From contig JAKLIV010000004.1 in NCBI GenBank assembly GCA_022709405.1, positions 6,652 to 70,651 on the forward strand: a stretch of DNA of 64,000 bases, given 5' to 3'. This document shows positions 25,681 to 34,152 of this stretch, piece by piece. Position numbers and translations under genes: made by a program. The notes below the pieces were generated by a model. It had not been told where the DNA came from and did not search any database. It was given only the letters and a program-made list of their open reading frames with translations. The DNA comes from Spirochaetota bacterium. Lineage in GTDB: Bacteria > Spirochaetota > UBA4802 > UBA5550. Position 1 is the stretch's first letter. Every line of letters begins with the position of its first letter.

Positions 25681-26853
25681 GTGCAAAACTACGATCAGGA
25701 TTATAAAGGAATAGCCGGAGTCAATTATCCCGAGAATGGCATCCCGTTTTACCAGGAAGATTTTTCGAACGCAGAAGAAGATGTCGGCGCAGAGATAATT
25801 GACCGGGAGACGGATTTTTTTTCACGCGGGGTGATTTCCGGGTTTGTCGTCACAGCTTCAGCAACAGCGGGATGTGTCGATGTATCCGCCGGTATTGCAC
25901 GAGACGGTGACGGGCGGCGAATTCAGAAAAACGCGACATCTGCTTTTTTAATTCCAGACGGTCAAACCGTCAAGCTGGTCGTTCGGCATCTCTGGGTTTA
26001 TACTAATTATTTACCGGATGGAGCCGGAGAGCAAAAAATACGTCGCAGTCATTCAGCCGAGATCGCATATATTCCGGAATCCCAGTCAGTCACAGACCGA
26101 GAGGTTGCGCTTTATCTGGTCTCACGGTCCGGTTCGACTGTTACCGTTTCAACTGATTTGAGAAATATATCCAAGATGTCTGAATTGAACCTTCCTGATC
26201 ATGACTCCCATCATGATGATCGATTCGTTCGCCTGACCACGGCACAGACGATTGCAGGCGTTAAGACGTTCAGCAGCATTCCGGTACTTCCAGCAAGCGG
26301 TCCGACAGCAGACAATGAAGCGGTCAGGAAGGCGTATGTCGATAACCAAATCGCAAATCATGATTCACAGCACGACGATGAAATTAAAGCAATTGCCTAC
26401 CCGGTCGGTTCGTTCTATATTCAATTTCCGGATGCCAACAGTAATGATGACGCGACGGCATTCCCGACCAGCAAGAGACCCGCAACCCTGTTTGGCGGCA
26501 CCTGGGCTGAACAGTGGTCGACGGAAAACATTTTCTTCAAAACAAGAGGTACTGATGGACAGTCTCGATCAAATGGATTAAGTGCAGATCAAGTACAGGG
26601 GCATAGACATATCGCTGGCCCACAGGTTCCATACAATTCAGGAACACAAAATGTATATAGTTATTCAGAGGGAGGGGGCGCTGTAGGAATTACTGGAAAT
26701 GAAGCCTATTGTTCTGTCGGTGCTGGTTCGGTTGGCCTGTATGCAGGATATACTGGAAATCCGCTTTCTGATGGATCAAATGGTACACCGCGGATTGGCT
26801 CAATAACTGAACCAAGAAACAGACTAATTAAAGTTTGGAAAAGGACTGCATAA
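25681..26853 (+). CDS. Tail fibre protein
   Basis: …LTTAQTIAGVKTFSS… and …YPVGSFYIQFP…PATLFGGTWAEQW… are typical fibre-shaft and receptor-tip motifs. GTG start after GGAGG. Confidence 0.7.
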   Translation: MQNYDQDYKGIAGVNYPENGIPFYQEDFSNAEEDVGAEIIDRETDFFSRGVISGFVVTASATAGCVDVSAGIARDGDGRRIQKNATSAFLIPDGQTVKLVVRHLWVYTNYLPDGAGEQKIRRSHSAEIAYIPESQSVTDREVALYLVSRSGSTVTVSTDLRNISKMSELNLPDHDSHHDDRFVRLTTAQTIAGVKTFSSIPVLPASGPTADNEAVRKAYVDNQIANHDSQHDDEIKAIAYPVGSFYIQFPDANSNDDATAFPTSKRPATLFGGTWAEQWSTENIFFKTRGTDGQSRSNGLSADQVQGHRHIAGPQVPYNSGTQNVYSYSEGGGAVGITGNEAYCSVGAGSVGLYAGYTGNPLSDGSNGTPRIGSITEPRNRLIKVWKRTA

Positions 26854-26862
26854 GGAGGCATC

Positions 26863-27471
26863 ATGAAACTTCAAAGTTACTGTGTAATCAAGAATAATAA
26901 AATTATAAGAGTTTATGAAACAACTCAAGGTGTTGATGGCATAAAAGCAAGCCTAAAAGCAGAATCAATTGATGATTTCGATTCTATTACAGAAATACCG
27001 TCTGATACAGCCATACAACAAGGTGAGGATATTCGGTCTTATGACGAAAACCATCAACTCCGTCCTTTACAGGATCGCATAGACGACGAGATCATTGTTG
27101 TCGGGAATGATGAAAAAATCGTTGATGGTACGATTGTCAAAAAATCAATTTTCGAGCTTATTCGTGACGGTATTGAAAAATGTCCCGCAGGCATGAAGAT
27201 CGAGACTGTCGATGTCAGCGACCAATATCCCGATGGGCTTATGCTTCGCCTTAAAACTCTCGATGAACAGGTTCAAGACGGTGAAATATCCGCCGAGCAG
27301 GCGTATAATATAAAATTGAATGACTGCCATCAGAACAGGAAAACAGCCTACATCAATGAGAGCGACGGTCTCTTTTTTGACTGGCAACGAGATGAAGCCA
27401 CAAAAGAAGAGTGGCTCGCGAAAGTTGCTGAGATTAAAGAGCGCTTTCCAAAACCAGCTCTATTGACATAG
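26863..27471 (+). CDS. Tail fibre assembly/chaperone-like protein
   Basis: It follows the fibre gene. The C-terminal …RKTAYINESDGLFFDWQRDEATKEEWLAKVAEIKERFPKP resembles fibre-chaperone C-termini. It is AT-rich. Confidence 0.4.
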   Translation: MKLQSYCVIKNNKIIRVYETTQGVDGIKASLKAESIDDFDSITEIPSDTAIQQGEDIRSYDENHQLRPLQDRIDDEIIVVGNDEKIVDGTIVKKSIFELIRDGIEKCPAGMKIETVDVSDQYPDGLMLRLKTLDEQVQDGEISAEQAYNIKLNDCHQNRKTAYINESDGLFFDWQRDEATKEEWLAKVAEIKERFPKPALLT

Positions 27472-27488
27472 TTATCGAGATGCGAGCA

Positions 27489-27542
27489 GTCAGGGGTGTT
27501 CCCGCACCCCTGACGATCCACGAAACAGCGAGCGCGTGGATC
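27489..27542 (+). terminator. Two tandem hairpins after the late operon
   Basis: GTCAGGGGTG (27489-27498) pairs with CACCCCTGAC (27505-27514). GATCCACG (27515-27522) pairs with CGTGGATC (27535-27542). No clear U-tract. Confidence 0.4.
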
Positions 27543-27597
27543 ACAGATTAACTGCTACTCTATATAATAATCGGAATAAAATACCGGAGGCATTAAA

Positions 27598-28362
27598 ATG
27601 AATAGTCCGCTCGCTTATATTGGTGGGAAATCTCAGCTTTCTAAAAAAATTATTTCACTTATTCCCTCACATCGGTCTTATTGTGAAGTATTTGCTGGGG
27701 GGCTCTGGGTTTTTTTTCGTAAGGAGCCATCAGCATATGAAATAGTCAATGATCTCGACAGCGACCTTGTCGCTTTTTACAGGGTATTGCAAAACCACCT
27801 TGAGGAATTCCTTAAACAGTTTAAATGGCTATTATCCTCAAGAGAATGGTTTGAAGATTGGAAAGATCAACTCGATGGTAGGGGATTGACTGACATCCAG
27901 AAAGCTGCCCGATATTATTATTTACAGAGATTGTGCTTTGGCGGGAAAGTCTTCGGGAGGACCTTTGGTGTCGCACCAGATCGCCCACCCAGAATCAATC
28001 TTTTACGTCTCGAAGAAGAATTATCTGAGGTTCATTTGAGACTTGCCAGGGTTACTATAGAAAACCTTCCCTGGGATGAGTTTGTACAACGATATGACCG
28101 TCCGGACACATTATTATTTCTCGACCCACCTTATTATAAAAAGCCGGTTTATAAACATAATTTCAAAGGACTTGATGATTTTCAATATATGAAATCAGTC
28201 CTTGACCAAGTTAAGACAAAGTTCCTTCTTACTATCAATGATGATTCTGAGATCAGAAGGGTTTTTAAAGGATTTCAAATAATGCCAGTAAAATTGAGAT
28301 ATACTACCGGGAAAAACAACAATCTTGAGGCACACGAACTAATAATACGTAACTTTGATTGA
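27598..28362 (+). CDS. dam: DNA adenine methyltransferase, D12/Dam class (orphan)
   Basis: The N-terminal …AYIGGKSQL…EVFAGGLWVFF… is the AdoMet motif. The catalytic DPPY lies in LLFLDPPYY. Confidence 0.9.
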   Translation: MNSPLAYIGGKSQLSKKIISLIPSHRSYCEVFAGGLWVFFRKEPSAYEIVNDLDSDLVAFYRVLQNHLEEFLKQFKWLLSSREWFEDWKDQLDGRGLTDIQKAARYYYLQRLCFGGKVFGRTFGVAPDRPPRINLLRLEEELSEVHLRLARVTIENLPWDEFVQRYDRPDTLLFLDPPYYKKPVYKHNFKGLDDFQYMKSVLDQVKTKFLLTINDDSEIRRVFKGFQIMPVKLRYTTGKNNNLEAHELIIRNFD

Positions 28363-28415
28363 AAAGCGACAAATTGTTATTTACGTGTGCTCGATGAGGC
28401 TGTTTAATTGCATTA

Positions 28416-29096
28416 TTGTGGGTTTTTCAACTTTCAATTGCGCGCACAGATAGCATGAAACGAACCTCCTCGCAAAAAATAAGGGAGATCGAGGATTTCA
28501 CTGAACAATTCTTTTCTGAAGAATATCTGAAGAGGAACAATCTGGCCCTGGTGATGACCGGGATTGCGAACCTCATGCTCGTCGCCAACACTTTGATCGT
28601 CGACGGTCAGCTATGGAGTATAGCATCTTCTCTTCTGATAGTTTTCTGCTTGATATTTTTAACTTTCAGGAATTTCCTGCTGAGTTGCATCGCGATGATA
28701 CCGATCATTCTCTCGATAATGGTTAATTTCGGGTTCATGGGGTTCACCGGCATAACTCTTAACGGCGGCACTGCAATGGTTTCATCAGTCGCGGTCGGCA
28801 CCGGAATCGATTACGCCATACACTTCATTACCTGGTATCGCAACACCCTTCGCGAAAACAATTCTTTTTCTGCCGCAATAACGAACTCAATACTCGACAA
28901 GGGCCGCGGCATATTTTTCAATGTATTCTCTGTTGCAGCCGGATTTCTGGTGCTCGCTTTTTCCAGGTTCGTACCGCTCGTCCAATTCGGTTGTCTCATC
29001 TCTCTTGCAATGCTTATCACCGGCCTTGGCGCCGTGATCATCATACCGTCGCTTCTCATGCTGATCCACAGAAAGGACATGCACAAAGCGGCATAA
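28416..29096 (+). pseudogene. 5'-truncated MMPL/RND-superfamily exporter (C-terminal TM bundle only)
   Basis: …GTAMVSSVAVGTGIDYAIHFITWY… and about five TM helices match the last third of COG1033-type exporters of roughly 750-850 aa. Stops occur in all frames upstream, where the prophage Dam gene ends. Confidence 0.6.
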
Positions 29097-29118
29097 TTCA
29101 TAATATATGGAGGACACC

Positions 29119-29895
29119 ATGAAAAAGTTCATTATTTCACTATGCTTGGCGGCTCTGGCTCTGATCCCTTCATACGGACAGGATCTCGACGGGCGACAAA
29201 TCGCCGAAACCGCAGAAAAGAAGAATCATTCTTCAATCGGCTTAGTATCCAAAGGAACTATCTTACTGGAGGATATTAAATCTAACAAGTCTGAAACTAG
29301 ATCTTTTGCGCTTTTAGGCATATCGCAGAATGGACTGAGAAATTCAGTATTTCGTTTCACCGATTCCCGGTACAAGGACACGACTTTCCTGACCATCGAG
29401 ACAGGCGGCGGCGACAAGTTGCAGTATATCTTTCTTAAATCGGTCGGATCTCCCCGGCAGGTCGAAAGCTCGGACAAGGAAAAGAATTTTGTCGACACCG
29501 ACATGTCGTATGAGGACCTGGGAGGATCGAAGACAGCCGATTATGATTATAAAAGGCTCGACGACAGGCAGGTCAACGGACGCGATTGCTATGTGATTGA
29601 AAAGTATCCGAAGCGCAAGACTTCAAAATTCCAGAAACATCTGATCCTCATAGATAAGTCGACCTGGGTCCCCGTTGCCGCAAAGTATTTCAGCGTCGAT
29701 GGACGAGTTGTGAAAACGCTCTCCGCAGAGGATATTCGGACGGTCGGTTCAGGCATCAATGTCCCCTACTCCATCACGGTCACCGATCTTGCCGATCAGC
29801 ACAGGACGACCGTGACCCTGAAAAGCGCGGTGGAAAAACAGCTGAGCGCCGGTTATTTCAACAAGGGCCGAATGGACAAGTCCTGGTCCGAATAG
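29119..29895 (+). CDS. Outer-membrane lipoprotein-sorting (LolA-like) protein
   Basis: It has a signal peptide. …RSFALLGISQNGLRNSVFRFTDSRYKDTTFL…MSYEDLGG… is typical of the LolA-like partners of COG1033 exporters. GGAGGA lies before ATG 29119. Confidence 0.7.
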   Translation: MKKFIISLCLAALALIPSYGQDLDGRQIAETAEKKNHSSIGLVSKGTILLEDIKSNKSETRSFALLGISQNGLRNSVFRFTDSRYKDTTFLTIETGGGDKLQYIFLKSVGSPRQVESSDKEKNFVDTDMSYEDLGGSKTADYDYKRLDDRQVNGRDCYVIEKYPKRKTSKFQKHLILIDKSTWVPVAAKYFSVDGRVVKTLSAEDIRTVGSGINVPYSITVTDLADQHRTTVTLKSAVEKQLSAGYFNKGRMDKSWSE

Positions 29896-29912
29896 CGTTC
29901 CGGAGAGCCGTC

Positions 29913-31283
29913 ATGAATATCAAAACGATTATTATATGCGCTCTTGCACTGCTTCCAGCACAGGGCCTTATCGCAGCTCCCGAGATCGGGGGTTCTATTG
30001 AAGTAATCGGGGCGGCCGGGGTGAATGACGGCGATTTTTACCGCGGATTTGTCAGGGGGGATTTCGAATTCAGGACTGCGATCGAGGAGACCGAAATTTA
30101 CGCGAAAATCCGAGGGGAGGAAGACAGCATCCGCATCAACAATCCCGAAAAAAACAATCCCTATAAATCAAAGGACGGTGATGATTTTTTCAGCAGCGCA
30201 CGGTTTTACCTGCGCGAAGCGTACATCAGCCAGGATTTCTTCTTCGACAAGGGTATCTCCGGCATCAATTTCAAGCTCGGGAAACTGATTTACACATGGG
30301 GTAGCTGCGACGAGGTCAAACCGGTGGACATCCTGAATCCCCAGGATTTATCCTACCTGTTCATGAAGCCGCTCCAGGAGCGTAAATACGGTCTTTACAG
30401 CGGCATGGTGACGATCTCGATCACCGATTCGATATTTCTCGAAGGGGTTTTCATGCCTCAGTTCCAGGAGAACGAACTCAGCTCTCGTGTTTTTGTGCCG
30501 GAAGATATCCGCGATCTGGAAGATCTTCCTTCCGGCACGGCGCATCTGGTCAACACGAACTACCCGAAAAAAAACCTGTCCGAGATGAATTACGGCGCGC
30601 GATTCGGATTTTCAGTTTACGAGATCGACACGCATGTTAACTATTTCTGGGGATACGAACACATGCCGAACTACAGTTCCGAGCTCGATGGCCTTGATTA
30701 CTATACTCGCGCTCGTTACGCAAAAATACAGATGTTCGGGCTGGATTTCCAGCGCGCGGTGAAATGGGGCATCGCGGTCAGGGGAGAGTTCGCCTACTTC
30801 GAGCGCGGAAAGCATTTTCAACTGGATCGCGGCGCAGGATCGAGCGTTGCGTCCATGCTGTCAAGCCCGTTCGGCCGCGACCTTCTGTCAGGCGGAAACG
30901 GCCTTGTCGAAAAGGACCAGATACAATACACTGCGGGATTCGACGTGACCGACATGTTCACCGACGGCCTTTATTTCAACCTGCAGTTCAACCAGGAAAT
31001 CATCGTCGATTACAGCGAAAAAATCGCGAAGGACGAATTCTGCCATCTGATTATCTGGACGCTCGAATATTCCTTCTTGAGGGAAAAGGCCAGGGTCAAA
31101 CTGCGCGGATTCTACTACATCAACGATGGCGACGTGGCGCTGAATCCCGAGTTTAAATACAATATCGGATCGAATTACGAGATTGCAGCCGGAGTATGGG
31201 TCATAGAAGGCGCCAGACACGGCGCCTACGGCCAGTTCCGGGATAAAGACCTGGTCTACATTTCGGGTAAAGCGACATTCTGA
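29913..31283 (+). CDS. DUF1302-like outer-membrane beta-barrel protein
   Basis: It has a signal peptide. …LREAYISQDF…FKLGKLIYTWGSCDEVKPVDILNPQD… matches the DUF1302 signature (lrEaY…lGkQ..WGe.d…d.inP.D). Confidence 0.6.
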   Translation: MNIKTIIICALALLPAQGLIAAPEIGGSIEVIGAAGVNDGDFYRGFVRGDFEFRTAIEETEIYAKIRGEEDSIRINNPEKNNPYKSKDGDDFFSSARFYLREAYISQDFFFDKGISGINFKLGKLIYTWGSCDEVKPVDILNPQDLSYLFMKPLQERKYGLYSGMVTISITDSIFLEGVFMPQFQENELSSRVFVPEDIRDLEDLPSGTAHLVNTNYPKKNLSEMNYGARFGFSVYEIDTHVNYFWGYEHMPNYSSELDGLDYYTRARYAKIQMFGLDFQRAVKWGIAVRGEFAYFERGKHFQLDRGAGSSVASMLSSPFGRDLLSGGNGLVEKDQIQYTAGFDVTDMFTDGLYFNLQFNQEIIVDYSEKIAKDEFCHLIIWTLEYSFLREKARVKLRGFYYINDGDVALNPEFKYNIGSNYEIAAGVWVIEGARHGAYGQFRDKDLVYISGKATF

Positions 31284-31292
31284 AGATTGCTG

Positions 31293-32183
31293 CTATAAAT
31301 CTTCCCTGTTCACGACCTTGTTTAACGGATACTCGATTATTCCGTCAGCGCCGGCCTCGATTAGTTTCGGGATCAGCTCCCTGACGGTTCTTTCGGCTAT
31401 GATCGATTCGACGGAAAACCAGCCGGGATTGTAGAGCTTCGACACTGTCGGCGCATTGAGGCTTGGCAGCAGCTTGACCACGCTGTCCAGCCTGTTTTCG
31501 GGAACATTGAGCTTTATCCCGACAAGGCTGTTTGCGCTCAGCGCACCGCGCAGCAAGAGCGCGATCTCCTGTATCTTCGCCTTCTTGCATGGATCGTTCA
31601 TGCTTTTTTTATTCGCGATCAGCTTTGTGTTGGTCTCGAGCAGGGTGTGGATTATTTTCAGGCCATGCGCCCTGATCGTCGAACCGGTTTCGGTCACTTC
31701 GACGATGGCGTCCACGAGGCCCTCTACGACTTTGCCTTCAGTCGCGCCCCATGAAAATTCCACGTTCACCGGTATATTGCGCTCTGCGAAATACCTTTTC
31801 GTATAGTTGACGAGTTCGGAAGATATCGTTTTGCCCGCGCAGTCTTCGATCTTTTTTATAGGCGAATCGTCCATTACTGCGAGCACCCACTTCGCTTTCC
31901 GGGTGCTGACCTTGGAATAGATCAGGTCCGATATGATCTCGACATCCGCCTCGTTCTCGAGAATCCAGTCGAGACCGGTGAGCCCCAGATCGAGCACGCC
32001 GGTGTCTACATAACGGGCCATTTCCTGCGCCCTGACCAGGGAGCACTCGATTTCGTCGTCGTCGATGGCAGGGAAATAGTTTCTTGACGATACGCTTATC
32101 TTCCATCCCGCCCTGGCGAAAAGGTCTATTGTGGATTCTTCGAGGCTCCCCTTTGGTATGCCGAGTTTTATTTTCGAGGCCAT
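31293..32183 (-). CDS. hisG: ATP phosphoribosyltransferase, long form
   Basis: [22 protein letters not shown]…LTGLDW…[11 protein letters not shown]… plus a C-terminal regulatory domain. AAAGGAGA lies before ATG 32183. Confidence 0.9.
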   Translation of the reverse strand: MASKIKLGIPKGSLEESTIDLFARAGWKISVSSRNYFPAIDDDEIECSLVRAQEMARYVDTGVLDLGLTGLDWILENEADVEIISDLIYSKVSTRKAKWVLAVMDDSPIKKIEDCAGKTISSELVNYTKRYFAERNIPVNVEFSWGATEGKVVEGLVDAIVEVTETGSTIRAHGLKIIHTLLETNTKLIANKKSMNDPCKKAKIQEIALLLRGALSANSLVGIKLNVPENRLDSVVKLLPSLNAPTVSKLYNPGWFSVESIIAERTVRELIPKLIEAGADGIIEYPLNKVVNREDL

Positions 32184-32389
32184 TGATGTCTCCTTTCTGG
32201 TCGCAGCATGCCGGAATATCTGGTCCCGGCATTTTTTGAATAATGACTTTCTAATGAATGGTGCCAGAAGGTCAAGAAAATAATATTTTCCGGGCAATAG
32301 GCCCGCGTTTTATTTTAATAATCAATCGCGGCACCTTTTGCCCGGAAAAAAACCTTGAGGAGTTCTTGCAGTTTTATACTGGATTCTAT

Positions 32390-34051
32390 CTATAAATCTG
32401 TTTTCTCGTCCTTTTTCACTTTCGTTGAAGCCGTATCGGAGCCTAAAAATCGATAGGTGATCCCGATCCCGATCGAGAATATCTTTTCACCGAGCTCTTT
32501 CTCTATCGCATGGTAAACGACGGTGTCAGATGGAGAAACCGTTTTAACGACCGATTTTATCGTTTCCGGGTTGAATATGCAATAGTATCCGCCGACGCTT
32601 ATCGCAAGCCTGTCGTTGGCGACAAATCCGAATCCCAGTCCTATCGTGTGGCTTGTCAGCAAAGGATCGACCTCAGATCGGGCTGATTTCTTGATGCCAG
32701 GGTCGTTGTACGCGTAGCCGACGCTGATTTTCCAGCACTCGATTGGCGCGTATTCGAGGCACCCGCCCACCCTGTATCCGATATTGAAATCGTCTTCCCT
32801 GTTCGAGGATTCATATACTGGAACTGCTACCGGTCCACCGAGAATATAATCGACGACCTTGTAATTTTTATTCATCTTTACATAGGGCCTGAAATACATA
32901 TCGCCCGACACCTCGAACCTGAGCTGTTTGATGATATTGTATGAAAGACCGAATGAAAGCGACTGGGGATAGGTGAGTATCAATTTTTTGCTTCCCCTGG
33001 CGCCATAGTATACCCTGCCGTCCTCCATGGTGTTTCCGGAACCGTCTTTGAAAATATCGAGCTGCCCGCTGCCCTCGATATTCGTCGGGGCCATAAACTT
33101 GTTCGTTTTCTTTGTAGCGTTCATGGGCGCATAGTATTCATGCCGGAAAGCAATAAACAGCTTGTCGACTGGCCTGAAATCTATGCTTGTGATAATACCG
33201 AATCCATGCCCGCTATACTCGGTATTGATCTTCCAATCACTCATTCCAACAGAAGTATCATTATTCAAATTCGTTTCAAATGGGGTGTGGTTTGCCGTGG
33301 TAAAGTACGGATTTTTGACCGTTATGGACTGGGCCCCGGTTGCATAGATGTATCTGAGTCCCAGGCCTGCCGAAAGCCATTCAACAATCTTATATGCTGC
33401 GCCGATTGTCGCACCGACGAAGTACTCGGTTCTCACCGCGGTATTGACCTCATACATATAGCTCGCAATAGGATCGGTCGCACCGCTGAGATAGTAAAGT
33501 GTCTCGGCCACGGCCAAGTTACCCCAGTCAACGATCGCGAGGCCTTTGGGATATGTGAAATCAGGAGCGGCCTGCATTACACCCACATGCAGGTAGGTCG
33601 CCCATTCATGGCCCTTCGTGTTTCCGTGATATGCAACGCAAAGGTCCGGCAGTATTGGCGCCGTCACCTCGGCATAGTAGCTGTTGCTGCCATCTATACC
33701 GCCGGTAGCTCTGTTAGTCAAAAATCCGCCCTGACTGCTGAGCGTATGCTGAAATCCAGTTGTGTAACCTTCTACATTCAATCCAGTGTAATCCATTGAA
33801 TGAAGTCTCTTCTTGTAGTAGGTCTGACTGCTGAACATCACATAAAGCCCGGTCCTTTCTGTAAAGACAATCCCCGCAGGATTATAAAACGCGGCGTCTC
33901 CATCGGTGGAAGCGTTGCGGTTCAAGGTACGCACATATTCTGCGCTGTGGTTGTTGTATATGCCGTCTTCCTGGTGAAGCCGTGAAGCATAAGAACGCCC
34001 GCCTGTAAGAAAAAGAATGATTATCGGAAAAACATAGAAAATTTTTTTCAT
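32390..34051 (-). CDS. Outer-membrane transport protein, OMPP1/FadL/TodX-like
   Basis: It has a signal peptide, the motif …DAAFYNPAGI…, and alternating beta-strand character with a C-terminal aromatic residue pattern. Confidence 0.6.
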   Translation of the reverse strand: MKKIFYVFPIIILFLTGGRSYASRLHQEDGIYNNHSAEYVRTLNRNASTDGDAAFYNPAGIVFTERTGLYVMFSSQTYYKKRLHSMDYTGLNVEGYTTGFQHTLSSQGGFLTNRATGGIDGSNSYYAEVTAPILPDLCVAYHGNTKGHEWATYLHVGVMQAAPDFTYPKGLAIVDWGNLAVAETLYYLSGATDPIASYMYEVNTAVRTEYFVGATIGAAYKIVEWLSAGLGLRYIYATGAQSITVKNPYFTTANHTPFETNLNNDTSVGMSDWKINTEYSGHGFGIITSIDFRPVDKLFIAFRHEYYAPMNATKKTNKFMAPTNIEGSGQLDIFKDGSGNTMEDGRVYYGARGSKKLILTYPQSLSFGLSYNIIKQLRFEVSGDMYFRPYVKMNKNYKVVDYILGGPVAVPVYESSNREDDFNIGYRVGGCLEYAPIECWKISVGYAYNDPGIKKSARSEVDPLLTSHTIGLGFGFVANDRLAISVGGYYCIFNPETIKSVVKTVSPSDTVVYHAIEKELGEKIFSIGIGITYRFLGSDTASTKVKKDEKTDL

Positions 34052-34152
34052 GATATATCCTCTGATATGAAAATTTCAATTTCATCGTTTTATTTCGTCT
34101 TCCGGGGAGATGGTTTGTTCAAATCCCCGGAAGACAATACTGCCTGAATCGA

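Larger units (their letters stand above)
1..28400 (+). mobile_element. Prophage, right ~28 kb (contractile tail, myovirus-type); left end outside the window
   Basis: Uninterrupted + strand series: terminase, portal, capsid, sheath, tube, tape measure, baseplate, fibre. An XRE/ImmA switch lies upstream. The element ends after a Dam gene against a 5'-truncated host exporter gene at ~28363-28455. Confidence 0.85.

Noticed and set aside
28363-28455. Possible Mu-like terminal repeats (TTCAAnTTTCAA, …GCGCGCA) at the prophage right junction
   Set aside because: This is only a loose resemblance. The terminase is GpA-type rather than Mu-type, and the left end is not available for comparison. It is mentioned only as context in the junction finding.
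33140-33799. 219-aa plus-strand ORF inside the FadL-like gene. The same applies to 54736-55422 (antisense to thyX), 58306-58833 (antisense to metF), 59020-59574 (antisense to metV) and 55762-56358 (antisense to the MCP).
   Set aside because: All are antisense to genes with clear family motifs. Their sequences are low-complexity and no independent signals support them.
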